The notes under the pieces are model-generated. The model did not search any database. It was given only the letters and a program-made list of their open reading frames with translations, and was not told where the DNA came from. A program made the position numbers and the translations under genes. A DNA stretch of 41,602 bases from Clostridia bacterium (GTDB lineage Bacteria > Bacillota > Clostridia > CAKSNL01 > HGM11501), in contig JAZQAZ010000005.1 of assembly GCA_045545475.1 (NCBI GenBank), positions 1-41,602 on the forward strand, in the 5' to 3' direction. Shown piece by piece: positions 1 through 9,701 of this stretch; position 1 is the first letter of the stretch, and each line of letters begins with the position of its first letter.

Positions 1-149
1 TTTGGGTTAGGAATTTTTCGCCTTAGAGAAGTTAAAAAACGCAGTCATACTGGCGTATGTCTGCGTTTTTTTGCGCACTATCAGCGGAAAATAACAAGCC
101 AAAACCGGCTTCTCCCTAAGAAGTACCGCCGTTTGTGCAAGTGCTTTTC

Positions 150-225
<76 letters not shown>

Positions 226-240
226 AGACCAACAAATAGT

Positions 241-269
241 ATTATAAAGGAAAAACGCATATTTGTCAA
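241..269 (-). promoter_or_regulatory. sigma-A promoter of the tRNA
   Basis: TTGACA (269-264), 17-nt spacer, TATAAT (246-241) on the minus strand. Confidence 0.8.
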
Positions 270-301
270 GTGTTTTTTATTCTTAAAAGCGTAATTTTCG
301 G

Positions 302-334
302 AAAAAAAGAACCGTCCTTTTGGACGGTTCTTTC
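302..334 (-). terminator. Intrinsic terminator of the solute-binding protein gene
   Basis: Stem AAAGAACCGTCC/GGACGGTTCTTT with a T-tract on the minus strand, just after the stop at 348. Confidence 0.85.
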
Positions 335-347
335 AATTTTTAATTAT

Positions 348-1592
348 TCAGCCTTCGAAGCCTTCAACGTATTTCTGGTTGAATTCAAGAGCACGAGCCT
401 TTAAGCTTTCTGTGTTTTCCTGAATGTGAGTAGCAACTGCCTTACCCTTGTCAACGATATCGCTTCTGAATGTTCCGCCGATTGCAAATGCACCGGAGTA
501 GAATATTCTGGGAAGGTAATAAGCGTTGTCAAGGTTTTCCTGGAAGAGTTCCCAGTCTTCTTCAGTCATGTTAGCTGCATAGTTTTCAGAGCAAAGCTGG
601 CTCTTCATATCTGTCATGTAGCAAGCAAGCATGAATGCACAGGGAAGCTTTTCTTCAGATACGCCAAGGGGGAAGAGGAAGTGAGAGTCTGTAAGGTATA
701 CGCCAAGCTCACCATCTTCGTTGGGGTAGTGGATGTATCTGATTGTATCGGTTGTTTCCTGAGTAAGCTCATCCTTGATAAGGTTGGGCATAACTTCGTC
801 ACGCATGATGGAGTTTCTCTGAGAAACGAAACCGCCGCCCTTGATGTGGTACTGGGGGTCTGTAAGAAGGCTTGCCCAGTAGCTTAACCATTCAACGTTT
901 TCGGGGCTGTCATATGTAATTGTGCATTCGCCTGTCTCTAAATTCCAATCGCACATGTACTTGGAACCAACGTGAGGTCTTGTGAAGGAGCTTCTGGAAG
1001 GAGCATTTAATGCTGCAGCAGCGGCATTAAGCTCTTTGTAAGCGTCCATTGTCCAGTTGCCTTCTGCTAAATACTCGTGAGGAGTCTTTAAGCCGAGTTC
1101 CTTCATCCATGTTTCGTTGTAAGCAAGATAAAGAACTTCCTGCATGGGAAGAGAGCTTACGCCGTAAAGCTCGCCGAGCCATCTTGTACCTTCAACAGTG
1201 ATTTCGTCGATTAAGTCATTGTTTTCATAATCAACATACTCTGTGATGGGTGTGTAAAGGCCTTCTGCGAAGTTTAAGGGGAATACGGAAATACCGAAGC
1301 AGTACTGGATTTCCCAGGGATCGCCTGCTACGATACCTGCAACGAGGTCTTCACCCATACCGTCGCCACCGCCAACCTGGAAAGTAACGGTTGTGCCATA
1401 CTCTTCTGTAAACTTCTTTGCACCTTCAGCAAATTCGTAGTTTAAGGGGTCGTCATTGAAATTTCTGTAGCCTGCTACACGAATTTCCATGTCTGCCCAG
1501 TCTTCTGTGTTGAATGTAACTCCGCCGTTACAGCCAACAAGTGCTGCACAAAGAGAGAGACATACAACAAGTGCCAATAATTTCTTTGCCAT
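348..1592 (-). CDS. Extracellular solute-binding lipoprotein (sugar ABC-transporter type)
   Basis: Signal peptide with lipobox LVGC; SBP-like segments (DLVAGIVAGDP, LAYNETWMKELGLKTP, GNWTMD); GGAGG at 1605-1601 favours the ATG at 1592. No permease genes adjacent. Confidence 0.75.
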   Translation of the reverse strand: MAKKLLALVVCLSLCAALVGCNGGVTFNTEDWADMEIRVAGYRNFNDDPLNYEFAEGAKKFTEEYGTTVTFQVGGGDGMGEDLVAGIVAGDPWEIQYCFGISVFPLNFAEGLYTPITEYVDYENNDLIDEITVEGTRWLGELYGVSSLPMQEVLYLAYNETWMKELGLKTPHEYLAEGNWTMDAYKELNAAAAALNAPSRSSFTRPHVGSKYMCDWNLETGECTITYDSPENVEWLSYWASLLTDPQYHIKGGGFVSQRNSIMRDEVMPNLIKDELTQETTDTIRYIHYPNEDGELGVYLTDSHFLFPLGVSEEKLPCAFMLACYMTDMKSQLCSENYAANMTEEDWELFQENLDNAYYLPRIFYSGAFAIGGTFRSDIVDKGKAVATHIQENTESLKARALEFNQKYVEGFEG

Positions 1593-1718
1593 GTTTTTTT
1601 CCTCCAATAAAATTTTTTTATTTCCCTCACGGGATTAAATGCCCGTGAAAATGCACAGACACTTAATTATATTATATTATATAACAATTTCCTCTCTCGG
1701 TCAAGTACTTTTTTATGT

Positions 1719-2411
1719 TTACATGATAAAGCCGAAAAGAAGACATGCAAGGGGTGCAAACAAAAGAGCGGGCAGGTAATCCGCCACCTTTATTTTGGTA
1801 ATTCCCAGCATATTTAAGCCAAGGGCCACAATTAAAAGGCCTCCTGCACAAATCATGGTTGCCGACATTTCTTCCGTCAGATAGGCGGAAATAATTCCCG
1901 ACAAAAGAGCGATTGAACCCTGAAATACAAAAAGTAATATGGATGAAAGCATAACGCCGAAACCAAGGCTTACCGTGAGCATGGAAGCTGAAATCATGTC
2001 AAGTACTGATTTGGTGAAAAGAATGGTGTTGTCCCCCTGCCCCGCATTTATGGAGCCTGTAACCGCCATGGCACCTACACAGAAAAGTAAGCCCGCCGTC
2101 ACAAAGCCTTCTGCAATTGATGTTTTTCCGTCCTTCTCGGGAAAAGCCGATTCTGCCCAGGCACCAAGCTTTTCCAGATTACCGGATATATTTAAAAGCG
2201 TTCCTGTTATTGCACCTATAACCATGCCGAAAATAAGTGCAAGGTCATTGCATCCTCCTTTTATTACGTTGGAAATTCCTATGTAAACCACGCAAAGGGC
2301 AACGCCCGTCATTATTGAGTCTGAAAATTTCTTCGGAAGGCCTTTTCTGAATAAAAGTCCGACAAGGCTTCCTATTATAACTGCTATGCTGTTTACCAAT
2401 ACGCCGATCAT
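1719..2411 (-). CDS. DUF554 family membrane protein
   Basis: MIGVLVNSIAVIIGSLVG start, EGFVTAGLLFCVGAMAVTGS and KSVLD motifs, several TM helices; RBS AAAGGAG at 2427-2421. Confidence 0.85.
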   Translation of the reverse strand: MIGVLVNSIAVIIGSLVGLLFRKGLPKKFSDSIMTGVALCVVYIGISNVIKGGCNDLALIFGMVIGAITGTLLNISGNLEKLGAWAESAFPEKDGKTSIAEGFVTAGLLFCVGAMAVTGSINAGQGDNTILFTKSVLDMISASMLTVSLGFGVMLSSILLFVFQGSIALLSGIISAYLTEEMSATMICAGGLLIVALGLNMLGITKIKVADYLPALLFAPLACLLFGFIM

Positions 2412-2533
2412 TTTTGTCATCTCCTTTAAAAGATAACTTATTTTACTATTTTTATCATTGTTTGTCAATAAAAAGGATTTTTCTTGATTTTCTTAAAGTG
2501 TGGTGGTATACTTATTTCATTAAATTATAAGGA

Positions 2534-3169
2534 ATGATTTTTTTGAGAATGAGGAAACGTGCTCATCTTGAGGAGCGTATTGAAGTTTTAACACCTTTAA
2601 TGGTTTATACAAAGGAAGAAATTGATGCCTTCCGTGGCGAAGATAAACTTTATCTTGAAATAGGCTGCGGAAAAGGAAAATTTATAAGAGAGTGTGCCCT
2701 TCGTGATTCTTCTGTTCCCCATCTTGCGGTGGAGCATTATGATAATGTGGCAATCCTTGCAGCAGAAGCGGCGGAGCGTGAGGAAATTAAAAATATTCGC
2801 TTTTCGTTTTCTGATATCGAAAAGCTGGACGGAGAAATTGAGGAAGGCAGCGTTAAAAGAATTTATCTTAACTTTTCAGACCCCTGGCCAAAAAAGAAGC
2901 AGGCAAAACGTCGCCTTACGCACCCTTCCTTTCTTAAAATGTATAAAAAATGGCTTTCCGATGACGGGGAAATTTTCTTTAAGACCGACAATGAAAAGCT
3001 TTTTGAGTTTTCGCTAAATTCTTTCTGCGGTGAGGACTTTCTTCTTTCAAATATAACCTTTGATTTACATAACAGCGACTTTGAAGGAAACATTATGACA
3101 GAATATGAAACGAAATTTGCCGAAGAAGGGAAAAATATTTTTCGACTGGAAGCAAGAAAAAGACTGTGA
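2534..3169 (+). CDS. trmB: tRNA (guanine-N7)-methyltransferase
   Basis: LEIGCGKG SAM motif, NFSDPWPKK..KRRLT, FKTDN, MTEYE.KF. Confidence 0.95.
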   Translation: MIFLRMRKRAHLEERIEVLTPLMVYTKEEIDAFRGEDKLYLEIGCGKGKFIRECALRDSSVPHLAVEHYDNVAILAAEAAEREEIKNIRFSFSDIEKLDGEIEEGSVKRIYLNFSDPWPKKKQAKRRLTHPSFLKMYKKWLSDDGEIFFKTDNEKLFEFSLNSFCGEDFLLSNITFDLHNSDFEGNIMTEYETKFAEEGKNIFRLEARKRL

Positions 3170-3192
3170 GATTTTTTCTCACAGTCTTTTTT
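3157..3192 (+). terminator. Intrinsic terminator after trmB, probably bidirectional
   Basis: AAAAAGACTGTGAGA/TCTCACAGTCTTTTTT inverted repeat between convergent genes. Confidence 0.85.
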
Positions 3193-3222
3193 GACAGAAT
3201 CGTACAATGTTATCGTAATTGC

Positions 3223-3250
3223 GTAGGGAAGGGATTTATCCCTTCCGCTT
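3223..3250 (+). repeat. GTAG-type REP-like palindrome, copy 1
   Basis: GTAG followed by the hairpin GGAAGGGA-TTTA-TCCCTTCC; a 24/28 identical copy lies inverted at 9573-9600. Confidence 0.6.
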
Positions 3251-3256
3251 CAGAAA

Positions 3257-4153
3257 TTACATTTCTTTAAGCAATTTTTCAATGTCATCCTTTTTGGGAG
3301 GCATCGTTCCTTCGGTGAGACAGGCGGCACTTCCCGATGCTACGGCAAGACGTACCGCATCCTTTTTCGTCATTCCCTTATCAATTCCCGAAATAAAGCC
3401 GGCAATTGCACTGTCCCCCGCACCGATGGTGGAAACGGGAGTGATTTTCGGGGCCTTCACCATAAAGCTATCGCCGCATCCCGAATAGAAAATCCCCTCA
3501 GAACCTAAACTTATCATAACATTTTCAAAGCCTGTTTCGTTAAGACGCTTTGCACAGTGGAATAAATCTTCGTTCGGAGAATTTAATAAAGCTTTTATCT
3601 CCTCCTCGTTGGGCTTTATCAAAAACGGCTTTAACAAAGAAAGGTCAGATAAATCAAAGCTTTTTGAGTCAATAACCGTGCGGGCCCCCGTCAATTTGAT
3701 TTTTAGTAAAAAGTCGATTATTTCCGCTTTTTTCACACCTTTTGGGCATTTTCCCGCAAAAACCACAAAGCTTTTTTCGTCAAGAAGCGGAAAAAGCTTT
3801 TTTTCGGTTTCCCTTAAAATATCGGAGCTTAAAAAGAAGTTATCAAGGCTTATCCTTGTCTCTTTGCCGCATTCCGGGTGAATTGTGATGTTTTCTCTTA
3901 TTCTTCCTTCCGTTTCAATAATGCTTAAATCAAGCTCCGGAAGTTCTTTTAAAAACTCTGCACTGTTTTCGCTGCCCAAAACCGCAAAAGCCCGGTTCTC
4001 GCTGCCTAAAACGGAAAGTGCTTTAGATACGTTTATGCCCTTGCCGCCTGATGACTTTGTGGCTCTTTTTACATAATTTTCCGCTTCCGGCAAAAATTCA
4101 TCCATTTCATAATGAAGGTCAAATGCAGGATTCAATGTAAGTGTAAATATCAT
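3257..4153 (-). CDS. 1-phosphofructokinase/tagatose-6-phosphate kinase family (PfkB) hexose kinase
   Basis: TLTLNPAFD, GGKGINVS, IKPNEEE, STIGAGDS motifs. Confidence 0.92.
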   Translation of the reverse strand: MIFTLTLNPAFDLHYEMDEFLPEAENYVKRATKSSGGKGINVSKALSVLGSENRAFAVLGSENSAEFLKELPELDLSIIETEGRIRENITIHPECGKETRISLDNFFLSSDILRETEKKLFPLLDEKSFVVFAGKCPKGVKKAEIIDFLLKIKLTGARTVIDSKSFDLSDLSLLKPFLIKPNEEEIKALLNSPNEDLFHCAKRLNETGFENVMISLGSEGIFYSGCGDSFMVKAPKITPVSTIGAGDSAIAGFISGIDKGMTKKDAVRLAVASGSAACLTEGTMPPKKDDIEKLLKEM

Positions 4154-5091
4154 AATGTAGCCCCTTTAAATACCTTTTCAACAAGATACATGTTGACGGA
4201 GTCCGCTGCACGGAAACCGTCCGATATTGCATCGATTACGGTGAAGCTTGAACCGTCACGCACAGCACCTGCGGCATAAACGCCTTCGCATGATGTAGAT
4301 AAGTCGCTTCCCACTATAACCGCACCGTCATCTGTCATTCTCACACTTCCCAGTAACACGTCTGAATCAGGCTCAGGCATGGGAGCGACAAAAATCGCCT
4401 CTATGGGAAGGGTTTTAAATTCGGTTGTCACACGGTTAATAACCGTAACCGATTCGAGAAGGAAAATGCCTTGCTCTGCATTGGCAATAAGGCTTTCGGG
4501 GCACAGTGTAATGTTTTTGCTTCGCCTTAAATCGTCGGTATATTTCTTCGAGGCACCGAGGATTGTATTTGGGGATATTAAGTAAACTTTTTCGCATTTT
4601 TCGCTTAAGGTGAGGGCTTCGGTCAAAGCTGCATTTCCACTTCCGAAAACCGCAACGGTTTTCCCTGATACACGGAAGCCTTCTTTTTCTGCGGAATGGA
4701 AAACGCCGACACCGGAAAGAGCACGTTCGTTGGTCAGTCCGATTTCCCTTTGCCTTATGCCTGTAGCAATAATAACCGAAGGCGTGGTGTAGGAATCACG
4801 GTCGGTGACGATGTGCTTCAAAGGAGCGGAAAAATCCATGGAAGTAACTGTTTCGTGAAGAATTTTAACCCCACGGCTTCTTACGGCCTCTTCCAGCAAA
4901 TCTGTAAGCTTCTCCCCCGATATTCCGTCGGGAAAACCGGGATAGTCGGATATTACTTCAGTTTTAACAGTTTTGCCTCCGGTGTAGAGTGCTTCAAGCA
5001 AAAGCACGGAAAGCCCGTGGTCCCTTGCTTTTTTTGCCGCAGACATTCCGGCAACTCCGCCACCTATTATAATAACATCAAAATCTCCCAT
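4150..5091 (-). CDS. Thioredoxin-reductase-like FAD-dependent oxidoreductase lacking the CxxC motif
   Basis: IIIGGGVAG FAD motif, DYPGFPDGISG, IIATG, TSCEGVYAAG; the expected GVSYCATCDG reads GVFHSAEKEG. Confidence 0.8.
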   Translation of the reverse strand: MGDFDVIIIGGGVAGMSAAKKARDHGLSVLLLEALYTGGKTVKTEVISDYPGFPDGISGEKLTDLLEEAVRSRGVKILHETVTSMDFSAPLKHIVTDRDSYTTPSVIIATGIRQREIGLTNERALSGVGVFHSAEKEGFRVSGKTVAVFGSGNAALTEALTLSEKCEKVYLISPNTILGASKKYTDDLRRSKNITLCPESLIANAEQGIFLLESVTVINRVTTEFKTLPIEAIFVAPMPEPDSDVLLGSVRMTDDGAVIVGSDLSTSCEGVYAAGAVRDGSSFTVIDAISDGFRAADSVNMYLVEKVFKGATL

Positions 5092-5126
5092 AAAAGCACC
5101 GCCTTTTAGGTTTTATTTACCCTATT

Positions 5127-5921
5127 TTAGCATAAAACCTCATCATAAGTCAACATTGCCTTTTCAATGGCGGGAAAGAGACGCTCTTCAATGGATTTAA
5201 TCTGATGTTCGGGAAGCGGATTCTCCCCTTTTCCCACCTCTACGGTAAAGCCGGGACGGGAAAATTTATGTGTAAACCAGTCCTTACAGCCGCCGAAGGA
5301 AGCACTGCCTGTCGGTTCGGACACTTTGTACCCTGACATTTTTGCCATTTCCTCGGCAATTATTTTGCTTCCCTTGGGGTAGACTCCTCGAAAGCCGTGA
5401 TAAATTTCTTCCCCCTGGGAATGGAGACAAATTACCATATCAAAGTTTTCCTTTTTAACCAGGTTTACCACCGCACGGCTCTCAGGCTCGCTTTCGGGAT
5501 AGGCACCGCCTGACACACCCTCTGATTTAAACGAGGCATCATAGTTATGGTTAAGGTCCACGCCGTTGGCGTTTTTACGCCAGATGCGGTATAAATCCTT
5601 CCACCCGTTGAGCCTTCTTATATGCTCGTAGGTTTCGGTGTTTTTGGGAAGAAGTCCCTGACAAATAGCTACGCCGTCAGGATTAACCATGGGAAGCACA
5701 AATATGCTCCAGTTTCCGGTTTTTCCTTTTATATAGTCGTGAAAATCCATGGCAATCTCAGCCGTTATGTATTCATTTCCGTGATGCGTTGCATTGATAA
5801 AAAGCTTTCTCTTGCCGCACCCCACTTTGTAATAGTAAAGCTCCCTTCCCCACACGCTTTTTCCCGCTGAAGAAAAATCCGTTTCCGAGATACGTCTTAA
5901 AAGTTTTTCGTAGGTAAGCAT
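5127..5921 (-). CDS. M14 zinc carboxypeptidase (gamma-D-glutamyl-meso-DAP peptidase-like)
   Basis: HHGNE (HxxE), PMVNPDG, NANGVDLNHNY, LHSQGE, FTVEVG. Confidence 0.88.
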   Translation of the reverse strand: MLTYEKLLRRISETDFSSAGKSVWGRELYYYKVGCGKRKLFINATHHGNEYITAEIAMDFHDYIKGKTGNWSIFVLPMVNPDGVAICQGLLPKNTETYEHIRRLNGWKDLYRIWRKNANGVDLNHNYDASFKSEGVSGGAYPESEPESRAVVNLVKKENFDMVICLHSQGEEIYHGFRGVYPKGSKIIAEEMAKMSGYKVSEPTGSASFGGCKDWFTHKFSRPGFTVEVGKGENPLPEHQIKSIEERLFPAIEKAMLTYDEVLC

Positions 5922-6038
5922 AAAACCGCCCTTTCATATAAAAATTTAATTTTTGTATTGAAGAATTTGAAAAACTGTGCTATCATATATTATATGTAAC
6001 TATTTTTATTTTAAGAACCACGAAAGAAAGGTATTATT

Positions 6039-7064
6039 ATGGCCGGATATTCTATAGCGGGAACTCAGGTAGTGTGTCTCCCCTGCGAATTTGTTGATTA
6101 CTGCATGAAGGATGCAAATCCCACATACATTGCAGTATACATATATGGATTCAGACAGTGTTTTTCAAAAAATCCAAAGGGTAAGGTTGCCGATGTTGCT
6201 GCTGCCCTCGGAATTTTAGAAAGTGACGTTGTCCGTGCATGGCAATACTGGGAAAGACGCGGCGTTGTTTCCCTCTCTTACAATTCTGAATCTGATATGA
6301 CGGACTTTTCCGTCACCTTTTCAGATCTTTCCTCTTTCAGCGAGGCTCAAAAGGAAGAAAACGGAGAAGAAAAAAGTGCGGAAAAGCCACCCTATAAACT
6401 CAGCGATGTTACAAAGGCAAGGAATAAGGACATGGCACTTTCGGAAATGTATACACATGCCGAAATGATAATGGCAAAGCCTCTTACACAAAATGACATT
6501 TTAACGCTTTACAGCCTGTATGACTGGCTGGGTATGCCTGTTGAAGTTATACTTATGATAATTGAGCATGCTGTGTCTCTGGGCAAAAAATCCATGAGAT
6601 ATATTGAAACAATCGCTCTTTCGTGGAGTGAAAACGGAATTACCACAGCGGATGCGGCAACGGAATATTTATCTTCTTTTGAAAAGGCAGGAAAAATGAA
6701 GCGTCGATTCAAAAAGCTTTTGGGCATTTCCGGCCGTGATCTAACTGAAACGGAAGCAGGATTACTTGCATCCTGGAGTGAAGGTTTAGGATTTTCCGAT
6801 GAAATGATTCGCCTTGCCTATGAAAAAACCGTCATGAAAACGGGAAAAGTTTCATTTAATTATATGAATGCCATACTTAAAGACTGGGCGGAAAAAGGAA
6901 TTAAAACTCCCGAAGCTACGGAAAAGGAAGAAAAGCCTAAAAAGGAGTTAAATCAGAGAACTCCCAAAACAAAGTTTGCTTCCTACTCGCAGTCGGGTGA
7001 CTATTCGGACGACGAGCTTGAAGCACTCATAAAGAAGAGCAGTGTTAAGGTAGAGGGGGAATAA
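6039..7064 (+). CDS. DnaD-domain replication protein
   Basis: N-terminal wHTH (AWQYWERRG) plus two DnaD/DnaB_2 repeats (YIETIALSWSENGITT; YMNAILKDWAEKGIKT). Confidence 0.88.
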   Translation: MAGYSIAGTQVVCLPCEFVDYCMKDANPTYIAVYIYGFRQCFSKNPKGKVADVAAALGILESDVVRAWQYWERRGVVSLSYNSESDMTDFSVTFSDLSSFSEAQKEENGEEKSAEKPPYKLSDVTKARNKDMALSEMYTHAEMIMAKPLTQNDILTLYSLYDWLGMPVEVILMIIEHAVSLGKKSMRYIETIALSWSENGITTADAATEYLSSFEKAGKMKRRFKKLLGISGRDLTETEAGLLASWSEGLGFSDEMIRLAYEKTVMKTGKVSFNYMNAILKDWAEKGIKTPEATEKEEKPKKELNQRTPKTKFASYSQSGDYSDDELEALIKKSSVKVEGE

Positions 7065-7065
7065 T

Positions 7066-8046
7066 ATGGCGTACGATAAAAATATTGCCGCAACCGTTGC
7101 CGAAGCCTTTGCGAAAAAGAAACAGGCAAGGGAAGAGCTTATAGAAAAAAGAAAGCTTGAGGCATATAGAGTCCTTCCCACCCTTAAGGCACTGGAGGAT
7201 GAAATTGCTTCTGTCAGCTTTAAAATGTTTCTGAAAGTGGCAGACGGGTATGATGCAACAAAGGCAGCTGTTTCCATAAAGGAAGAAGTGACGGCCTTAA
7301 CCGAAAAGCGGGACAAGCTTATGAAAGATGCGGGATTTACCAATGATTATTTAAATCCTCCCTATGACTGCCCTTTGTGCAAGGATGAGGGATTCCTTGA
7401 TTCGGGATACTGTAACTGCTTCCGTAAGGAGCTTATAAAGCTCACCTTTGCGGAATCTAACCTTGCATCATTGTCCGGCAGTTCCTTTGACGATTTTTCT
7501 CTTTCCTGGTACTCGGCAGAAGCCGAAAACGGAGAGGCAAGTCCCCGTGAAAACATGGAAAGAGTGCTTTCCGAGTGCAGAAAGTTTGCGGACAACTTTT
7601 CAACCACAAATGACAATCTGCTCCTTACAGGGCCCTCGGGTCTCGGTAAAACATTTTTGTCATCTTGTATAGCATCAAAGCTTATAAACGAAGGCGTAAA
7701 CGTAATTTACCAAAGCTCCAGTGTGGTTTTTTCCCTGCTTGACAGAGTTAAGTTCGGAAAAAACGTAACAGAGGCCGACGGATATACTGCAGAAAGGCTA
7801 CTGGATGCGGATTTACTTATTCTAGATGACCTCGGCACGGAATTTATAACGGAGTTTTCTGTTTCTGAGCTTTTCAGAATTTTAAACACCCGTATTTTAA
7901 CAGGCAAAAAAACGGTGATAAACACAAATTTATCCCTGGCGGACCTTAAGAAAATTTATTCCGAGCGTATTTTATCAAGAATAATCGGAAATTTTGTAAT
8001 TCTTAAATTTTACGGAAAAGACATCCGTTTTTTAAAAAGACAGTAA
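7066..8046 (+). CDS. DnaC/IstB-like AAA+ helicase loader
   Basis: Zn knuckle CPLCKDEG..CNC, Walker A GPSGLGKT, LLILDDLGTE, NTNL, ERILSR; adjacent to the DnaD gene. Confidence 0.9.
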   Translation: MAYDKNIAATVAEAFAKKKQAREELIEKRKLEAYRVLPTLKALEDEIASVSFKMFLKVADGYDATKAAVSIKEEVTALTEKRDKLMKDAGFTNDYLNPPYDCPLCKDEGFLDSGYCNCFRKELIKLTFAESNLASLSGSSFDDFSLSWYSAEAENGEASPRENMERVLSECRKFADNFSTTNDNLLLTGPSGLGKTFLSSCIASKLINEGVNVIYQSSSVVFSLLDRVKFGKNVTEADGYTAERLLDADLLILDDLGTEFITEFSVSELFRILNTRILTGKKTVINTNLSLADLKKIYSERILSRIIGNFVILKFYGKDIRFLKRQ

Positions 8047-8084
8047 AAGATAAAAAATGTAATTAATTATGAGGAGGTAATATT

Positions 8085-9563
8085 ATGGCACTTAAAACTT
8101 TGGCGTATGACTTTGGTGCAAGCTCAGGTCGTGCAATCTTAGCCGAATATGACGGCAAAAAGGTATCCTTAACAGAAACTCACCGCTTTTCCAACGATTT
8201 GGTAGGAATCGGCGACAATCTTTACTGGGATATTTTAAGACTGTTCTTTGAAATCAAGACAGGTATTAACAAAACAGCAACAGAGGGACACAAGGACATC
8301 GCTTCCATCGGTATCGACACATGGGGCGTTGACTACGGTCTTCTTGATAAACAGGGAAGACTTCTTGCAAACCCCTTTAACTACAGAGATGTGCGTACAT
8401 TCCCCTACTTTGACAACATCGAAAAGTATGCAAGCAAGGACGAAATTTATAGCCAGACCGGTATTCAGTTTGTAAACTTCAATACAATTTATCAGCTACT
8501 CGCAGATAAGTATTCCGGCTCTCCCGCACTTGAAAATGCCGAGACAATGCTTATGATTCCTGACCTTTTCAATTATTTCTTAACGGGCGAAAAGATAACA
8601 GAATATACAATTGCATCAACGAGCCAGCTTTATAACTCCGTAACAGATGACTGGGCTTGGCCCTTAATTGAAAAATTAGGTCTTCCCAAAAAGATTTTCA
8701 CAAACGTAATTCATCCCGGTCAGATGATGGGTAAGGTTCTTCCGAATATCGCAGAAGAACTTGGTATTCCCTCCGTTCCCGTTGCAGCAGTTGCATCTCA
8801 CGATACAGCATCCGCTGTTGCGGCAGTTCCTGCTGAAAAGGGCGAAAGCTATGCATACATCAGCTGCGGAACATGGTCACTTTTAGGTGCTGAAACAGAT
8901 AAGCCCATCATTAATGAGCTTTCCGCAAAGCACAACTTCACAAACGAGGGCGGCATCAATAAGTCAATTCGTTTCCTCAAAAACATCATGGGACTCTGGA
9001 TTATCCAGGAAAGCCGCCGCCAGTGGAAGAGAGAAGGTCTTCAGTTATCCTTCGACGATATGGAAACAGCAGCTTGGAATGCACCCGCATTCAAGAGCTT
9101 TATCGATCCCGATGCTCAGGAATTTGCAACACCCGGAAATATGCCCCGTCGTATTGCTGAGTTCTGTAAGAGAACAGGACAGAGTGTTCCCGAAGGCGTT
9201 GGCGAAATTACCCGCTGCATAGCACAGAGCCTTGCAATGAAGTATCGCTATTCTATCGAGTGCTTAGAGGAAATCCTCGGCCGTAAGATTGACACTGTTC
9301 ACTTGGTGGGCGGCGGTATCAAGGATAAGATGATGTGTCAGTTTACCGCAAATGCAACAGGAAGGCACGTTGTTGCAGGCCCCGTTGAGGCAACAAGCAT
9401 GGGTAACATCGCATCTCAGCTTATTGCCCTGGGCGAAATAAAGACACTTGACGAAGCACGCCAGATAGTAAAAGCTTCCTTTGAGCCTGCTTACTATGAG
9501 CCTCAGGATTTTGCTTCCTGGGATGCAGCATATGCTGATTTCTTAAAGGTATTGGGTAAGTAA
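8085..9563 (+). CDS. rhaB: Rhamnulokinase (FGGY sugar kinase)
   Basis: DFGASSGR, IGIDTWGVDY, SHDTASA, ISCGTWSLLG, NEGG, FLKNIMGLW, GPVEAT. Confidence 0.85.
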   Translation: MALKTLAYDFGASSGRAILAEYDGKKVSLTETHRFSNDLVGIGDNLYWDILRLFFEIKTGINKTATEGHKDIASIGIDTWGVDYGLLDKQGRLLANPFNYRDVRTFPYFDNIEKYASKDEIYSQTGIQFVNFNTIYQLLADKYSGSPALENAETMLMIPDLFNYFLTGEKITEYTIASTSQLYNSVTDDWAWPLIEKLGLPKKIFTNVIHPGQMMGKVLPNIAEELGIPSVPVAAVASHDTASAVAAVPAEKGESYAYISCGTWSLLGAETDKPIINELSAKHNFTNEGGINKSIRFLKNIMGLWIIQESRRQWKREGLQLSFDDMETAAWNAPAFKSFIDPDAQEFATPGNMPRRIAEFCKRTGQSVPEGVGEITRCIAQSLAMKYRYSIECLEEILGRKIDTVHLVGGGIKDKMMCQFTANATGRHVVAGPVEATSMGNIASQLIALGEIKTLDEARQIVKASFEPAYYEPQDFASWDAAYADFLKVLGK

Positions 9564-9572
9564 TTAAAATAA

Positions 9573-9640
9573 AAGCGGAAGAGACAAATCCCTTCTCTAA
9601 GATATTAAATTAATTGCAGAATGCATTCATGCATTCCGCA
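9573..9640. repeat. Degenerate REP-like doublet
   Basis: 9573-9600 is an inverted copy of 3223-3250 (24/28); 9616-9639 is a second palindrome GCAGAATGCAT-TC-ATGCATTCCGC. Confidence 0.5.
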
Positions 9641-9667
9641 AAATAAAATTTGAACACTTTTCAAAAT

Positions 9668-9700
9668 AAAAATGCTGAAGCGTTTGCTTCAGCATTTTTT
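9668..9700. terminator. Bidirectional terminator
   Basis: AAAATGCTGAAGC-GTTT-GCTTCAGCATTTTTT between convergent genes. Confidence 0.85.
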
Positions 9701-9701
9701 G

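Noticed and set aside
6039-8046. Prophage replication module or IS21 helper
   Set aside because: No phage or transposase genes nearby; the pair is typical of clostridial chromosomes.
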